The position numbers were made by a program, and so were the translations under genes. DNA of 16,497 nt from a virus: the UHGV virus genome UHGV-0097332; one strand, 5' to 3'. The notes beneath the pieces were generated by a model. The model saw only the letters and a program-made list of their open reading frames with translations, made no database searches and was not told the origin of the DNA. This document shows, one piece after another, positions 1-8,277 of the stretch (its first letter is position 1; each line of letters begins with the position of its first letter).

Positions 1-89
1 GCGTTATCACGGTAATGATTAACAGCCCATGACAGGCAGACGATGATGCAGATAATCAGAGCAGAGATAATCGCGGTTAACCTGCTCAT
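1..89 (-). CDS. Rz: Rz i-spanin, N-terminal part (runs off the window start)
   Basis: Minus-strand ATG at 89-87 overlaps the endolysin stop (ATGA). Translation [29 protein letters not shown] matches the signal-anchor N-terminus of lambda-family Rz as I recall it. Position directly after the endolysin fits. Confidence 0.8.
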   Translation of the reverse strand, partial: MSRLTAIISALIICIIVCLSWAVNHYRDN

Positions 90-583
90 TGCAGCCCCCA
101 CAAACAGACTTCACGCTCAATATCACGACGGGTCATCAGCCCTTTCCATTGCTTACCGCCAGCGTATGTCCAGCGACGTAGCTGGTCACATGCGCCTTTG
201 ATATCGCCCTGGTTTATTTTGCGAAGAAGCGTCGATGTTCTGAAATTGCCTGCACCCACGTTGTAAACGAACGAGTAAAGAGCGCCGCGCGTTGTTTCCG
301 GTATATCGACTTTGATGTACGGGTTAATTTGTCTGGCGACCGTGGCAAGGTCTTTATTCAGGAGGGCTTTGCATTCTGCTTCGGTATACGTTTTACCGGG
401 AATGATGTCTTTTCCTGTATGCCCGTAACATACAGTCCATACACCAACTATGTCTTTGTAAGGATTATGTCTCACACCTTCCAGACCATCGTTACCACTT
501 GGGCCAGTGATTAACACAGATGCTATGGCAATAGCCCCACCACCAATAGCAGCAGCAACGGCTTTTCGTAATGATGGAGGCAT
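86..583 (-). CDS. R: SAR endolysin (T4-lysozyme-like, phage-21 R type)
   Basis: 165-aa ORF. N-terminal Gly/Ala-rich weakly hydrophobic helix ([20 protein letters not shown]) typical of a signal-anchor-release domain, followed by a lysozyme core. Recalled near-identity to the phage 21 endolysin. Start overlaps the holin stop. Confidence 0.93.
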   Translation of the reverse strand: MPPSLRKAVAAAIGGGAIAIASVLITGPSGNDGLEGVRHNPYKDIVGVWTVCYGHTGKDIIPGKTYTEAECKALLNKDLATVARQINPYIKVDIPETTRGALYSFVYNVGAGNFRTSTLLRKINQGDIKGACDQLRRWTYAGGKQWKGLMTRRDIEREVCLWGLQ

Positions 584-798
584 TATTCACCTCTCGCAGC
601 CTTTCGTCTGTCTTCTCTGATTTTGAAATACAGATTTGTCAGACAAGTGAGAAAACCCAACACAAGGCTTCCAAGCACTCCAATCGCAGCCCACTGTGAC
701 GGACTGACCTGATCCAACCACTGCAAAAACCAGTATCCTGCACTACCAGCAGATGTTCCGTAGGCAATGCCAGTTGAGATTTTGTCCATTGATTTCAT
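583..798 (-). CDS. S: Pinholin (class II holin, S21 type) with dual-start motif
   Basis: 71-aa ORF with two transmembrane helices and N-terminal MKSM (Met1/Met4 dual start expected to give antiholin and holin). GGAGG ribosome-binding site upstream. Lies immediately upstream of the SAR endolysin. Confidence 0.93.
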   Translation of the reverse strand: MKSMDKISTGIAYGTSAGSAGYWFLQWLDQVSPSQWAAIGVLGSLVLGFLTCLTNLYFKIREDRRKAARGE

Positions 799-916
799 AG
801 CAACGCCTCCGCCAGTAACGGATTGCGTAGTTCTTATATTGGGAAGGGGAAAAAAGAAGGCCGCAGCGTAACTATCACTGATGAATTCAGGATAGCCAGT
901 GGCTACGGCTCAGTTA

Positions 917-992
917 TGGTGCTGGTTAACGGACTTGAACCGCTACCCATTCGCTTACAAGGCGACCGCCCTACCATTGGAGATAAACCAGC
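917..992 (-). tRNA. tRNA-like gene, anticodon UGU (Thr) by hand folding; 76 nt with encoded CCA
   Basis: Minus-strand sequence GCTGGTT...GGTTCAAGTCC...AACCAGC-A-CCA. It has a 7-bp acceptor stem, U8, GG in the D-loop, a T-arm AGCGG/TTCAAGT/CCGTT, and anticodon loop CTTGTAA. The D-stem and the top of the anticodon stem each carry a mismatch, so it may be divergent or degenerate. Confidence 0.5.
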
Positions 993-997
993 ATATT

Positions 998-1072
998 TGG
1001 CGGGACAGCGTGGACTCGAACCACGATAAGAAGGTTAACAGCCTTCCGTAATGACCTTTATACGACTGACCC
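998..1072 (-). tRNA. tRNA-like gene, anticodon GUU (Asn) by hand folding; 75 nt with encoded CCA
   Basis: Minus-strand sequence GGGTCAG...GAAGG-CTGTTAA-CCTTC...CGTGG-TTCGAGT-CCACG-CTGTCCC-G-CCA. Anticodon and T arms are perfect; the acceptor stem has one T-T mismatch and the D-arm is atypical. It lies 5 nt upstream (in transcription direction) of the other tRNA-like gene and abuts the tR' U-tract. Confidence 0.5.
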
Positions 1073-1134
1073 AAATAAAAAATCCCGAAACCGTTGTGCA
1101 GGCTCTAACTATTACCTGCGAACTGTTTCGGGAT
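1073..1134 (-). terminator. tR' terminator (3' end of the short pR' transcript, lambda 6S RNA)
   Basis: 11-bp inverted repeat AATCCCGAAAC (1080-1090) / GTTTCGGGATT (1124-1134), followed on the minus strand by TTTTTTATTT. Matches the recalled lambda tR' sequence CCCGAAAC...GTTTCGGGATTTTTTAT. Confidence 0.8.
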
Positions 1135-1269
1135 TGCATTTTGCAGACCTCTCTGCCTGCGATGGTTGGAGTTCCAGACGATACGTCGAAGTGACCAACT
1201 AGGCGGAATCGGTAGTAAGCGCCGCCTCTTTTCATCTCACTACCACAACGAGCGAATTAACCCATCTTT

Positions 1270-1304
1270 GGGTCAAATTTACCCAACTTTATTCAAAAAG
1301 TCAA
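1270..1304 (-). promoter_or_regulatory. Late promoter pR' with Q-utilisation (qut) region
   Basis: On the minus strand: -35 TTGACT (1304-1299), 17-nt spacer, -10 TAAATT (1281-1276). Lies just downstream of Q and about 190 nt upstream of tR'. Matches the recalled lambda pR' sequence. Confidence 0.75.
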
Positions 1305-1346
1305 TATCATGCCGTTAATATGTTGCCATCCGTGGCAATCATGCTG

Positions 1347-1970
1347 CTAACGCGTGACCGCATTCAAAATGTTGTCTGCGATTGACTCTTCTTTGTGGCA
1401 TTGCACCACCAGAGCGTCATACAGCGGCTTAACAGTGCGTGACCATGTGGGTTGGGTAAGGTTGGGGATTAGCATCGTTACAGCGCGATATGCGGCGCTT
1501 GCTGGCATCCTTGAATAGCCGACGCCTTTGCATCTTCCGCACTCTTTCTCAACAACTCTCCCCCACTGCTCTGTTTTTGCTATATCAACCGCACGACCTG
1601 TACCGTGGCAATCTCTGCATCTTGCACCCTGTGTCGCGGCACTACGGCAATAATCCGCATAAGCGAATGTTGCGAGCACTTGCAGTACCTTTGCCTTAGT
1701 ATTTCCTTCAAGCTTTGCCACACCACGGTATTTCCCCGATACCTTGTGTGCAAATTGCATCAGATAGTTGATAGCCTTTTGTTTGTCGTTCTGGCTGAGT
1801 TCATGCTTACCGCAGAATGCAGCCATTCCGAATCCGGCTTGTGATTGCGCCATCCCCATAGCAGCCATCACATCAGTACCGGAAAGAGAGTCAGAAGCCG
1901 TAGCCCGTGGTGAGTCGCTCATCATCGGGCTTTTTGGCGAATGAAATTTAGCTACGCTTTCGAGTCTCAT
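1347..1970 (-). CDS. Q: Late-gene antiterminator Q (lambda type)
   Basis: 207-aa ORF MRLESVAKFHSPKSPMMSDS... with a Cys-rich zinc-binding segment (CRDCHGTG...CGRCKGVG). Matches lambda Q as I recall it. Sits directly upstream of pR'. Confidence 0.95.
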   Translation of the reverse strand: MRLESVAKFHSPKSPMMSDSPRATASDSLSGTDVMAAMGMAQSQAGFGMAAFCGKHELSQNDKQKAINYLMQFAHKVSGKYRGVAKLEGNTKAKVLQVLATFAYADYCRSAATQGARCRDCHGTGRAVDIAKTEQWGRVVEKECGRCKGVGYSRMPASAAYRAVTMLIPNLTQPTWSRTVKPLYDALVVQCHKEESIADNILNAVTR

Positions 1971-2155
1971 GGCCTTCCCCTTTTGCCCTGTTTGACCATC
2001 AGGACGCCGTTAACTATTACGTGACGCTCGCCTTTGCTGTCTCGGTTGTACTTGAGCACTGTTCCTCTTGCGCAGGAAAGCATCCTCGCCACTTCGGTCT
2101 GATTGCCTCGTGTCTGGATAAGAAGCTCTGGTATCGTTTGAATTGTGGCGTTCAT
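1967..2155 (-). CDS. ninH: NinH-like small DNA-binding protein
   Basis: 62-aa ORF whose core GNQTEVARMLSCARGTVLKY...IVNGVLMV resembles lambda NinH (orf-68). Stop overlaps the Q start. Confidence 0.75.
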   Translation of the reverse strand: MNATIQTIPELLIQTRGNQTEVARMLSCARGTVLKYNRDSKGERHVIVNGVLMVKQGKRGRP

Positions 2156-2514
2156 ACGCTCTCCAGTTCGGTGATTTTTATTCCAAGCCTTCCGCCTGGT
2201 ACTTTCACGCCACGAATTACGCGAATGTCATCGAATTGCTCGTCGTCTTCCGCAAATCCGGCGTGGATAAGAGAGTCGAGTAAACCTTTCAGGATGTTGT
2301 CGAGGTCGCGGCGGCGGGAGTCTGGAACGTCTGCGATGACTTTGATGCGGAGTCGTGATTTGGTGAAAATGTCTAACTTAAGTTGGCGGATGATTTGCTG
2401 AACGTCTTTTCGGTATTTCTGGCCTTTATCGCTGATGTAGTATTGACTTCCCCGTCTTCGCCAGTAGGTATTCAGCGACGGTGGGTATGGAAGTACAAAC
2501 TGATATTCGTTCAT
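2152..2514 (-). CDS. rusA: RusA-family Holliday-junction resolvase
   Basis: 120-aa ORF with conserved RusA features (PPSLNTYWRR, DxRRRDLDN, GGRL..I). It occupies the position of lambda ninG/rap in the nin region. Confidence 0.88.
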   Translation of the reverse strand: MNEYQFVLPYPPSLNTYWRRRGSQYYISDKGQKYRKDVQQIIRQLKLDIFTKSRLRIKVIADVPDSRRRDLDNILKGLLDSLIHAGFAEDDEQFDDIRVIRGVKVPGGRLGIKITELESV

Positions 2515-2801
2515 GGCTTAATCTTCCCCTCCTTCAGCAGGATCGCCTGCGTCCTGATCACGCCTTCGAGGTGGTAAAGTCTGGCGTCTTTGTTGTCGAG
2601 ATTATGGGTGCGTCGGTCGATTTCATCGTGACACGCGCTACAAGCCCATGCGCCGATCAGGTCGTCAGGTTTCATTCCCGTTCCGCAAATTCCAGCCATC
2701 CGGTAATGTGCCAGAACTGTAGTTTCAGGGTTGCCATTGCATATGCCGTAAATACGTACCTGGCATTCTCTGCCGCGCGCTTCTTTGCGTAGGTTAGCCA
2801 T
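2511..2801 (-). CDS. YbcO-like (DUF1364) nin-region protein, Cys-rich putative nuclease
   Basis: 96-aa ORF MANLRKEARGRECQVRI...CSACHDEIDRRTH resembling DLP12 YbcO as recalled. Overlapping stop/start with its neighbours. Confidence 0.7.
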   Translation of the reverse strand: MANLRKEARGRECQVRIYGICNGNPETTVLAHYRMAGICGTGMKPDDLIGAWACSACHDEIDRRTHNLDNKDARLYHLEGVIRTQAILLKEGKIKP

Positions 2802-3523
2802 TAAGCAGCCTCCCCTGTTACTTTCAGCATTCCGTTATCTAGCAGCTTTCTGGTCAGCCACTGTTGACCACGCCCGGTGATTTTTGTGGTGAACGATATC
2901 TGTATTCCGTGATTTGTGTTGACCGCTGTTTCTTTCACTGTGAAATAGCCGCGATCCATATATTCCTGCATTGGCACATTGCGCCGGGAACCTGAAGCAA
3001 TAAGGATTTTGTGATCGCGCATCCACGCAAACAGTTTGTTTGGACCAATTCCAACAACCTTTGCAAAGTTTCCAATCAAAATTCCGCTGGCCTCGCCAAC
3101 GCGATCGGCAAACTCAACTTTAGGTGCGGCAATTGCGAGCTGGTTTTCCAGTTGCATTTTCTGCTCAGCAAGGTCAGCAGCAAGGCGCAACGCTTCTGGT
3201 AGCGTTTTTGGGATATTAACCGCAGTTTCTTCAAGCTCTCGCCAACGGTCAACAAGACGAGCGGTGAATTCCGGCGACAACTGGGCAACGACAATAATGC
3301 TGTCGCGCTTGCCTTGTTCGCCTTCGAAGACGTAAGCCTCGACACTACGGCGCAGTCCTAAGTTATTGATTTTTTCGAAAACCTGCAATGCAGGAAGTTG
3401 AATAACTCCAGATTTAGCCAGGCGCTCTATTGATATTTTTACGTTATCTGGACGACTTCCCACCAACTCAGCGATTTCAATGCTTGTCATTTTGATGGCA
3501 TTGCCATTTATTAACTCATTCAT
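2801..3523 (-). CDS. Phage regulatory/antirepressor-like protein (Rha/Roi-type N-terminus, KilAC/ANT-type C-terminus)
   Basis: 240-aa ORF. The N-terminal part carries a helix-turn-helix-like segment (TSIEIAELVGSRPDNVKISIERLAKSG); the C-terminal part resembles KilA-C/ANT domains. Assigned from recalled family resemblance only. Confidence 0.55.
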   Translation of the reverse strand: MNELINGNAIKMTSIEIAELVGSRPDNVKISIERLAKSGVIQLPALQVFEKINNLGLRRSVEAYVFEGEQGKRDSIIVVAQLSPEFTARLVDRWRELEETAVNIPKTLPEALRLAADLAEQKMQLENQLAIAAPKVEFADRVGEASGILIGNFAKVVGIGPNKLFAWMRDHKILIASGSRRNVPMQEYMDRGYFTVKETAVNTNHGIQISFTTKITGRGQQWLTRKLLDNGMLKVTGEAA

Positions 3524-3692
3524 CGTCTTCTTCCTCGTACATTGAGCTATTCGGATCGCTCATCAGTTCTGCGCAGCAATCGGAGCACACGTGAACTTCC
3601 AGCACATGCAGCTTCTGACCGCAGTTAGCGCACGTTAAAGCTCGCTCGACGCTTTCTTTCTGGTATTGAAGGGATTGGGATGGGCTAAGCAT
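3516..3692 (-). CDS. ninF: NinF-like small Cys-rich protein (58 aa)
   Basis: Hand translation from the minus-strand ATG at 3692: [58 protein letters not shown]. Resembles lambda NinF (orf-56). Below the ORF-track length cutoff. Stop overlaps the next start. Confidence 0.7.
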   Translation of the reverse strand: MLSPSQSLQYQKESVERALTCANCGQKLHVLEVHVCSDCCAELMSDPNSSMYEEEDDE

Positions 3693-4065
3693 TATTGGCG
3701 TCCTGCATCATGAGAAATACAATCATGGCGGCGCGGAGAGGCGATTCACCGCAGAAGCAGTAGTCAGGAATATTTTCCCATTCCCAACAACCTTCCTCTA
3801 AATCACCTCCTGACCATGCGCACCATTCTTTTTCCGCTGTCATCCACATGGTGCTAATTTTGTTTTCAGTGATGATCGGATATGCGTCAGCGGCCATATT
3901 ACATGGGTCAAAATATCCGCAAGGCAAAAACTCACCACCATCAATTCCAGCCAAGTAAACTTCTTTCTTTTCTGGATCCCAGTCGTAATTGTTTTTTCCT
4001 AGCACGATATGCGCGACTTTTAAGTTAATTTCAAAATCACTTAACTGTGAATAATCCATTGTCAT
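3685..4065 (-). CDS. Hypothetical Trp/Cys-rich nin-region protein (about 126 aa)
   Basis: Start chosen at the ATG that overlaps the NinE stop (AAATGACAATGG); the ORF-track start at 4101 would overlap ninE. No family recognised. Confidence 0.5.
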   Translation of the reverse strand: MTMDYSQLSDFEINLKVAHIVLGKNNYDWDPEKKEVYLAGIDGGEFLPCGYFDPCNMAADAYPIITENKISTMWMTAEKEWCAWSGGDLEEGCWEWENIPDYCFCGESPLRAAMIVFLMMQDANNA

Positions 4066-4238
4066 TTCCTCGCACGATGTCTTAGCCACCGGATATCCCA
4101 CAGGTGAGCCGTGTAGTTGAAGGTTTTTACGTCAGATTCTTTTGGGATTGGCTTGCGTTTATTTCTGGAGCGCTTCGTTGGAAGGTATTTGCAGTTTTCG
4201 CAGATGATGTCGGTGATACTTCGTCGCTGTCGTCTCAT
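4062..4238 (-). CDS. ninE: NinE-like small basic protein (58 aa)
   Basis: Hand translation: [58 protein letters not shown]. Resembles lambda NinE (orf-60). Start ATG overlaps the NinB stop (ATGA). Confidence 0.7.
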   Translation of the reverse strand: MRRQRRSITDIICENCKYLPTKRSRNKRKPIPKESDVKTFNYTAHLWDIRWLRHRARK

Positions 4239-4645
4239 TCATACCTCCTGTCGGTAAATCTGACACCCTGACCAATAGCCCAGGCTGTCGTGTACTCAAT
4301 CAGACTTGCCATGCGCTTCACACTCATCTGCGCGCTGCTTTCGCGAATGTTGACGTATTCGCCTTCAAGCCCGGGCAAAACATCAGCTTCCTGCTTTGTT
4401 GCCACTGCATGACCGCTTATCAACAAAACCTTCCATTGTTCTGGTTTTAACCATTTATCGCACCATTGAACCTGACGTGCGATATCCGCCAGCATCGCGT
4501 GAAATTTTGCGTTCTGGTCAAGGTTGCGCTTGTAGTCAGTAATGCGGATGGTGACTGGCTTGTCTTTATCGAGAGGAGTTTCGAGGATGGCGTTGATTGC
4601 GGCTTGCTGTTGTTGCTTACTTCGGAGGAAGATTGTTTGCTTCAT
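4235..4645 (-). CDS. ninB: NinB (orf-146 family) recombination protein
   Basis: 136-aa ORF with the NinB-like motif [22 protein letters not shown]; first gene of the nin cluster. Confidence 0.82.
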   Translation of the reverse strand: MKQTIFLRSKQQQQAAINAILETPLDKDKPVTIRITDYKRNLDQNAKFHAMLADIARQVQWCDKWLKPEQWKVLLISGHAVATKQEADVLPGLEGEYVNIRESSAQMSVKRMASLIEYTTAWAIGQGVRFTDRRYE

Positions 4646-4652
4646 CGTTACC

Positions 4653-4859
4653 TCAACTCACAAAACGCCACGCCACTTTTGCTACGACAACAGGCATAAC
4701 ACCGATAATCACCCACAGGAAAATGCTACCGAAAAGCACACCAACCAGGTCTTTACCTTCGCCTACCAGCCGGACAAAACTGCTGGCAACCACAATGAAC
4801 GTCGCCACCATCCACATAGCACCGAGAATCCTCAATGCAGAAAAAATCAACTCAACCAC
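4653..4859 (-). CDS. Hypothetical small membrane protein (68 aa, two predicted transmembrane helices), GTG start
   Basis: Strong ribosome-binding site GGGGGAGAG six nt upstream of a GTG start. Highly hydrophobic product. Lies between the terminator at 4878-4918 and ninB. Confidence 0.4.
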   Translation of the reverse strand: MVELIFSALRILGAMWMVATFIVVASSFVRLVGEGKDLVGVLFGSIFLWVIIGVMPVVVAKVAWRFVS

Positions 4860-4877
4860 GATTTACTCTCCCCCAAA

Positions 4878-4918
4878 TAAAAAGGCCTGCGATTACCAGC
4901 AGGCCTTTATCTTTTTTT
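4878..4918. terminator. Bidirectional intrinsic terminator-like hairpin (possible tR2 analogue)
   Basis: Stem GGCCTGC (4884-4890) / GCAGGCC (4899-4905) with an 8-nt loop, flanked by an A-run upstream and TTTATCTTTTTTT downstream. It therefore looks like a terminator on both strands. Confidence 0.6.
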
Positions 4919-5518
4919 AACACGCTTTCGAGTCCTTTTAGATTTTTCCTTAAGATATTCCGCAAGTTTATCCTCATCATTATTAAATTGAGATAAAAGC
5001 TCATGCTCGCAATTAAGTGCTTTACTCGCATAAGTTCCATATAGTTTCTTTCTTGCTAGTGCTGCTATGAATGCTGCATCTTCTTTGCTATCGAAATACC
5101 CTAACGATATTGTCTTATTTTTATAACCAACATAAGACTTCCACCTGCCAGTTGTCTTATCCCAAGACACTCCAATCGCACCGGATGTGTTTAACCTATT
5201 CCCTACAATGTTTCTTGCATTCTGCTCCTCTGTTGCCAGTCTTAGATTTGAAATCCTATTGTCAAGTCTGTTCCCATTTACATGATCAATAAACTTAGGA
5301 GGCCATTTTTTGTATACATAGAACCAAGCAAGTCTATGCGCATAATACAAAACATTATTTATGCTAATGCATATATAACCACCACTAACACCTCCAGCAA
5401 TACTACCTTTTACTCTTACTACTGAATTTGTTTTTAGCCATTTAAATATTCCTGTTTCTGAGTCATATGATAATGTTGACAGAAGCTCATCGTGATCAAT
5501 TAGTTTTTTTATTCGCAT
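4907..5518 (-). CDS. HNH homing endonuclease with C-terminal AP2-type DNA-binding domain
   Basis: 203-aa ORF. HNH motif region YYAHRLAWFYVYKKWPPKFIDHVNGNRLDNRISNLRLATEEQNARN, then an AP2-like segment GVSWDKTTGRWKSYVGYKNKTISLGYFDSKEDAAFIAA. The gene is markedly AT-rich compared with its flanks. Confidence 0.85.
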   Translation of the reverse strand: MRIKKLIDHDELLSTLSYDSETGIFKWLKTNSVVRVKGSIAGGVSGGYICISINNVLYYAHRLAWFYVYKKWPPKFIDHVNGNRLDNRISNLRLATEEQNARNIVGNRLNTSGAIGVSWDKTTGRWKSYVGYKNKTISLGYFDSKEDAAFIAALARKKLYGTYASKALNCEHELLSQFNNDEDKLAEYLKEKSKRTRKRVKKR

Positions 5519-5596
5519 AAAGAATATACTTAATAATATATACAGTAAGAACCATTAGTAACGATAACCCTGCTATCAGCTCAGTGATGTAGATGG

Positions 5597-6973
5597 TCAT
5601 ACGTCAGCCCCTTGTGCATATCGTCTGCCACGCGCAGCAGGTGCATTTGATGCTGTGCAAATCTGTCTGGCTTCATCCTGGTCACATGCAACAAAGTGTC
5701 CGTTACAGAACCGCTGGTAAACCGTACCAAGTGAGCCAAAACGGTTTTTCGTCACGATGATTTCAGCAAATGGCGCGGCGCTACTGTTCTCGTCATATAC
5801 CGCTTCCCGATAGAGCATGATGATTGAGTCTGCGTCCTGCTCAATGCTTCCTGAATCACGCAAATCTGCGTTTGTCGGGCGTTTGTTTGGTCGCTTCTCA
5901 ACATCGCGTGAAAGCTGACTTAGGGAGATAACAGGCGTTTTCAGGTCTTTCGCCATCGCCTTAAGGCTTCCTGAGATGTGAGCAATTGCGAGGTCGTTGC
6001 GGTCTGCTTTCGGCTTCTCAATCAGGCCAAGATAATCCACCATGATGAGTGAGAGGTTTGGATTTTCCTGTTTGTGTCGTTCTGCGATTGAGCGTATTTC
6101 TTCGACCGATAACCGCGAGGCATCGACTACCCATACATCCAAATCTGCAAGCTGACTCATGCCGTTAGCAACACGCGCCCAGCCTTCGTCATCCATCGAT
6201 GCAGGATTTCGCAGTACGCTAACCGACATCCTCCCGGCGTTGGCAATGCTTCGCTCTGCAATCTGCAATGCGCTCATTTCCATTGAGAAAATCAATACCC
6301 CGCGCCGGACGTCAGAACCAGGAATAACGCGGCTTGCAACGCCTTCGGCAATCTTCAGCGCCAGTTCGGTTTTCCCCATACCAGGACGAGCAGCGATTAT
6401 CACAAGGTCTTCTGCGTTCATCCCTCCGGTGATGGCATCAAGTTCTTCGATTCCGGTCTTCAGGGTATCTGACTCTTCTCCGTTCCTCAGACGCCTGTCA
6501 AGCGTGTCAGTGTAGTCAGTGATGATTTCCCCTAACCGTACAGGTTTAACCTCGTCACGGGGCTTTCTGATGGCTGAGAGACGTTTTACAAGTTCATCCA
6601 TCGCCTGACTCGATGCGTCGATGGTTCCGCTTTGGATTGGTTCACGCATTTCATCCATGATTTTCAGCACCAGACGGCGGTGATAGTTATCCGCGACCAT
6701 TCCGGCATATCCCTTCAGGTTTGCGGCACTCGGGCAGTTTTTGCTGGTCATCAGGATTGACGTGAAATGCTCCTCTCCGCACTCCTCGGCAACCATCAGC
6801 GCGTCGATTAGGTTTCTGTTTCGCGCCTGCTTGCGGATAACCTCGAAGGCTTTTCTGTAGAGCGGAATTGAAAACGCTTCCGGCTCCAGCGTTGCCAGAA
6901 CGTCACTGGCGGTTGGAGTTAATCCACCAATCAGCAGGCCACCGATAACGCTCGCTTCGATATCCTGTCTCAT
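5597..6973 (-). CDS. Replicative DNA helicase, DnaB family (P22 gene-12 type)
   Basis: 458-aa ORF with Walker A GMGKTE, Walker B IMVDYLGL, and DnaB-like motifs. Start overlaps the stop of the upstream initiator gene. Confidence 0.93.
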   Translation of the reverse strand: MRQDIEASVIGGLLIGGLTPTASDVLATLEPEAFSIPLYRKAFEVIRKQARNRNLIDALMVAEECGEEHFTSILMTSKNCPSAANLKGYAGMVADNYHRRLVLKIMDEMREPIQSGTIDASSQAMDELVKRLSAIRKPRDEVKPVRLGEIITDYTDTLDRRLRNGEESDTLKTGIEELDAITGGMNAEDLVIIAARPGMGKTELALKIAEGVASRVIPGSDVRRGVLIFSMEMSALQIAERSIANAGRMSVSVLRNPASMDDEGWARVANGMSQLADLDVWVVDASRLSVEEIRSIAERHKQENPNLSLIMVDYLGLIEKPKADRNDLAIAHISGSLKAMAKDLKTPVISLSQLSRDVEKRPNKRPTNADLRDSGSIEQDADSIIMLYREAVYDENSSAAPFAEIIVTKNRFGSLGTVYQRFCNGHFVACDQDEARQICTASNAPAARGRRYAQGADV

Positions 6974-7800
6974 GCAATCCCCCTGTCTGCAAACTTCCCT
7001 TCCCGAACTCCCGTTAACGAGTCTTCTCTCAGCAGGTAATCAAAATCAGCCGTCCAGCCCGTGTCGTTGTCTCCGAAGTAAAACGGCTTGGCCTGATGCA
7101 CAAACGCCCTGACATACGCTCTGAAACCGTCCACGTTTGGCGTTTTCAGTTGCGGGATGATTTTCTTCAGGCGGCGTTTTCGTTTCTCGTTGACCGCAAC
7201 AGCGTGTGGAAGTCTGTCACCGACTTCGGTGTTGTAGGCGTTCAGGAAGGATTCGTAGTCGATTCGTTCTGCCTTGCGACGTTCAGGTTTAACCTGCCCA
7301 TCGCCGCCCCCGTTAGGGGGTAAGGGGGTATTTGTATTTATTGTCTTTTGTATATTGTCTTTTGTGTTTGACTGATTCGGTAAATTGCTTTTTACCGATT
7401 TGGTGAAGGTTTGTTTTACCGAATTGGTAAATGTTTTACCGAATCCGTTAACTTTCGTTTTCCACTCGGAAATGTTTGTATTCATACCAACTTGACGCCC
7501 CACCTGAATGAGAACTCCCATTCTGATAAGCTCGTTTTTGGCGGTAGAGCATTTGGTTGGTGCCATGCCAGTGAGTTCAGCGAACTGTTCGTTTCCGATC
7601 CAATCTATTTTTTTGTTGTAACCGTATGTCTTGCGCCACACAGCCATAACAATCAGTAACTGATGTAGAGTAAGTCCAGAAAGCATGGCGGCTTCTAACA
7701 GTGTGTTTGCAGTCCGAGTGTAGCCATCTTCGAGTTCTGCCACGCGATGCTCCACGACCTCCAGTTGAGGCCTGTAATCAGCTAACTTAACGACGCCCAT
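6970..7800 (-). CDS. Replication initiator, lambda O-like (iteron-binding N-terminus, contains ori)
   Basis: 276-aa ORF with an AGGAG ribosome-binding site. An internal low-complexity linker ([17 protein letters not shown]...) is encoded by the iteron/AT-rich DNA, as in lambda O. Followed by the helicase gene. Confidence 0.85.
   Translation of the reverse strand: MGVVKLADYRPQLEVVEHRVAELEDGYTRTANTLLEAAMLSGLTLHQLLIVMAVWRKTYGYNKKIDWIGNEQFAELTGMAPTKCSTAKNELIRMGVLIQVGRQVGMNTNISEWKTKVNGFGKTFTNSVKQTFTKSVKSNLPNQSNTKDNIQKTINTNTPLPPNGGGDGQVKPERRKAERIDYESFLNAYNTEVGDRLPHAVAVNEKRKRRLKKIIPQLKTPNVDGFRAYVRAFVHQAKPFYFGDNDTGWTADFDYLLREDSLTGVREGKFADRGIA
7327..7452. repeat. Origin of replication: AT-rich region plus at least three direct iterons inside the initiator gene
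   Basis: Iterons TTTTACCGATTTGG (7391-7404), TTTTACCGAATTGG (7414-7427), TTTTACCGAATCCG (7434-7447), with a related inverted copy near 7377-7388. Adjacent AT-rich block with two copies of ATTGTCTTTTGT (7339-7367). Confidence 0.7.
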
Positions 7801-7948
7801 GTTTCACTCCTGCTTTGGCTAGTCTGTAAACACCAACAAGGCGCTCTGCGAACGCCCTGTTATTTGCTGCGGCTACCACTAATCCCTCAGGTGAATCAGG
7901 GTGTCGAATCTCTTCTTTTTCCTGGTATTTCTTACGACGTTTTGTCAT
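7787..7948 (-). CDS. Possible small basic ORF (53 aa) between cII and the initiator
   Basis: Hand translation [53 protein letters not shown]; overlaps the initiator start by 14 nt. No clear ribosome-binding site, so it may not be real. Confidence 0.25.
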   Translation of the reverse strand: MTKRRKKYQEKEEIRHPDSPEGLVVAAANNRAFAERLVGVYRLAKAGVKHGRR

Positions 7949-7980
7949 AATGACTCCTGTGGATTGATCCAGTAATTCCC

Positions 7981-8277
7981 TCAGAATTGCATATCAATTT
8001 GCTTAGAGTCCCCGGCGGCCACCGGGGATTTTTTCTTTGTGATTCCATCAAGCGCATACTTAAAAGCCCTACTAATCGGACTGATGTCTGATGCCATTCC
8101 GAAAGCACACAAGACCGAAGCAATAAATCTCCAGTCCGTTCTGCTTATCTTCGATTCATGACAGCCAATCATCTTTGCCAGACCGCGCTGGGTAAGCGTT
8201 GACAGGTTGATGAGTAAATCTGTTTCTGCGCGATCAATTTCTCGCTGTGTTGGCTTGCTGTAACTTGCTTGTGTCAT
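7981..8277 (-). CDS. cII: CII-like transcriptional activator
   Basis: 98-aa ORF in the position after cro and nutR. Helix-turn-helix segment (GCHESKISRTDW) and C-terminal tail KKKSPVAAGDSKQIDMQF resemble lambda CII (SQISRWKRDW ... KKRPAATERSEQIQMEF). It is a homologue, not identical. Confidence 0.78.
   Translation of the reverse strand: MTQASYSKPTQREIDRAETDLLINLSTLTQRGLAKMIGCHESKISRTDWRFIASVLCAFGMASDISPISRAFKYALDGITKKKSPVAAGDSKQIDMQF

Noticed and set aside
329-514. 61-aa + strand ORF
   Set aside because: Lies antisense inside the well-supported endolysin gene; shadow ORF with no ribosome-binding site.
823-1029. 68-aa + strand ORF
   Set aside because: Overlaps the two tRNA-like genes and the lambda-like Q-S intergenic sequence; no start context.
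1035-1235. 66-aa minus-strand ORF
   Set aside because: Covers the tR' hairpin and the short pR' transcript region, which is a known non-coding leader in lambda.
2021-2401. 126-aa + strand ORF
   Set aside because: Antisense to ninH and rusA, which have family support; composition typical of a shadow frame.
4907-5518. HNH gene considered as part of an insertion sequence or transposon
   Set aside because: No transposase and no terminal inverted repeats were seen; a free-standing homing endonuclease fits better.
6159-6515. 118-aa + strand ORF
   Set aside because: Antisense inside the DnaB-type helicase gene.
7327-7452. Direct repeats considered as a possible CRISPR array
   Set aside because: The repeats are short, imperfect, without regular unique spacers, lie inside a coding gene, and fit replication-origin iterons; no cas genes are present.
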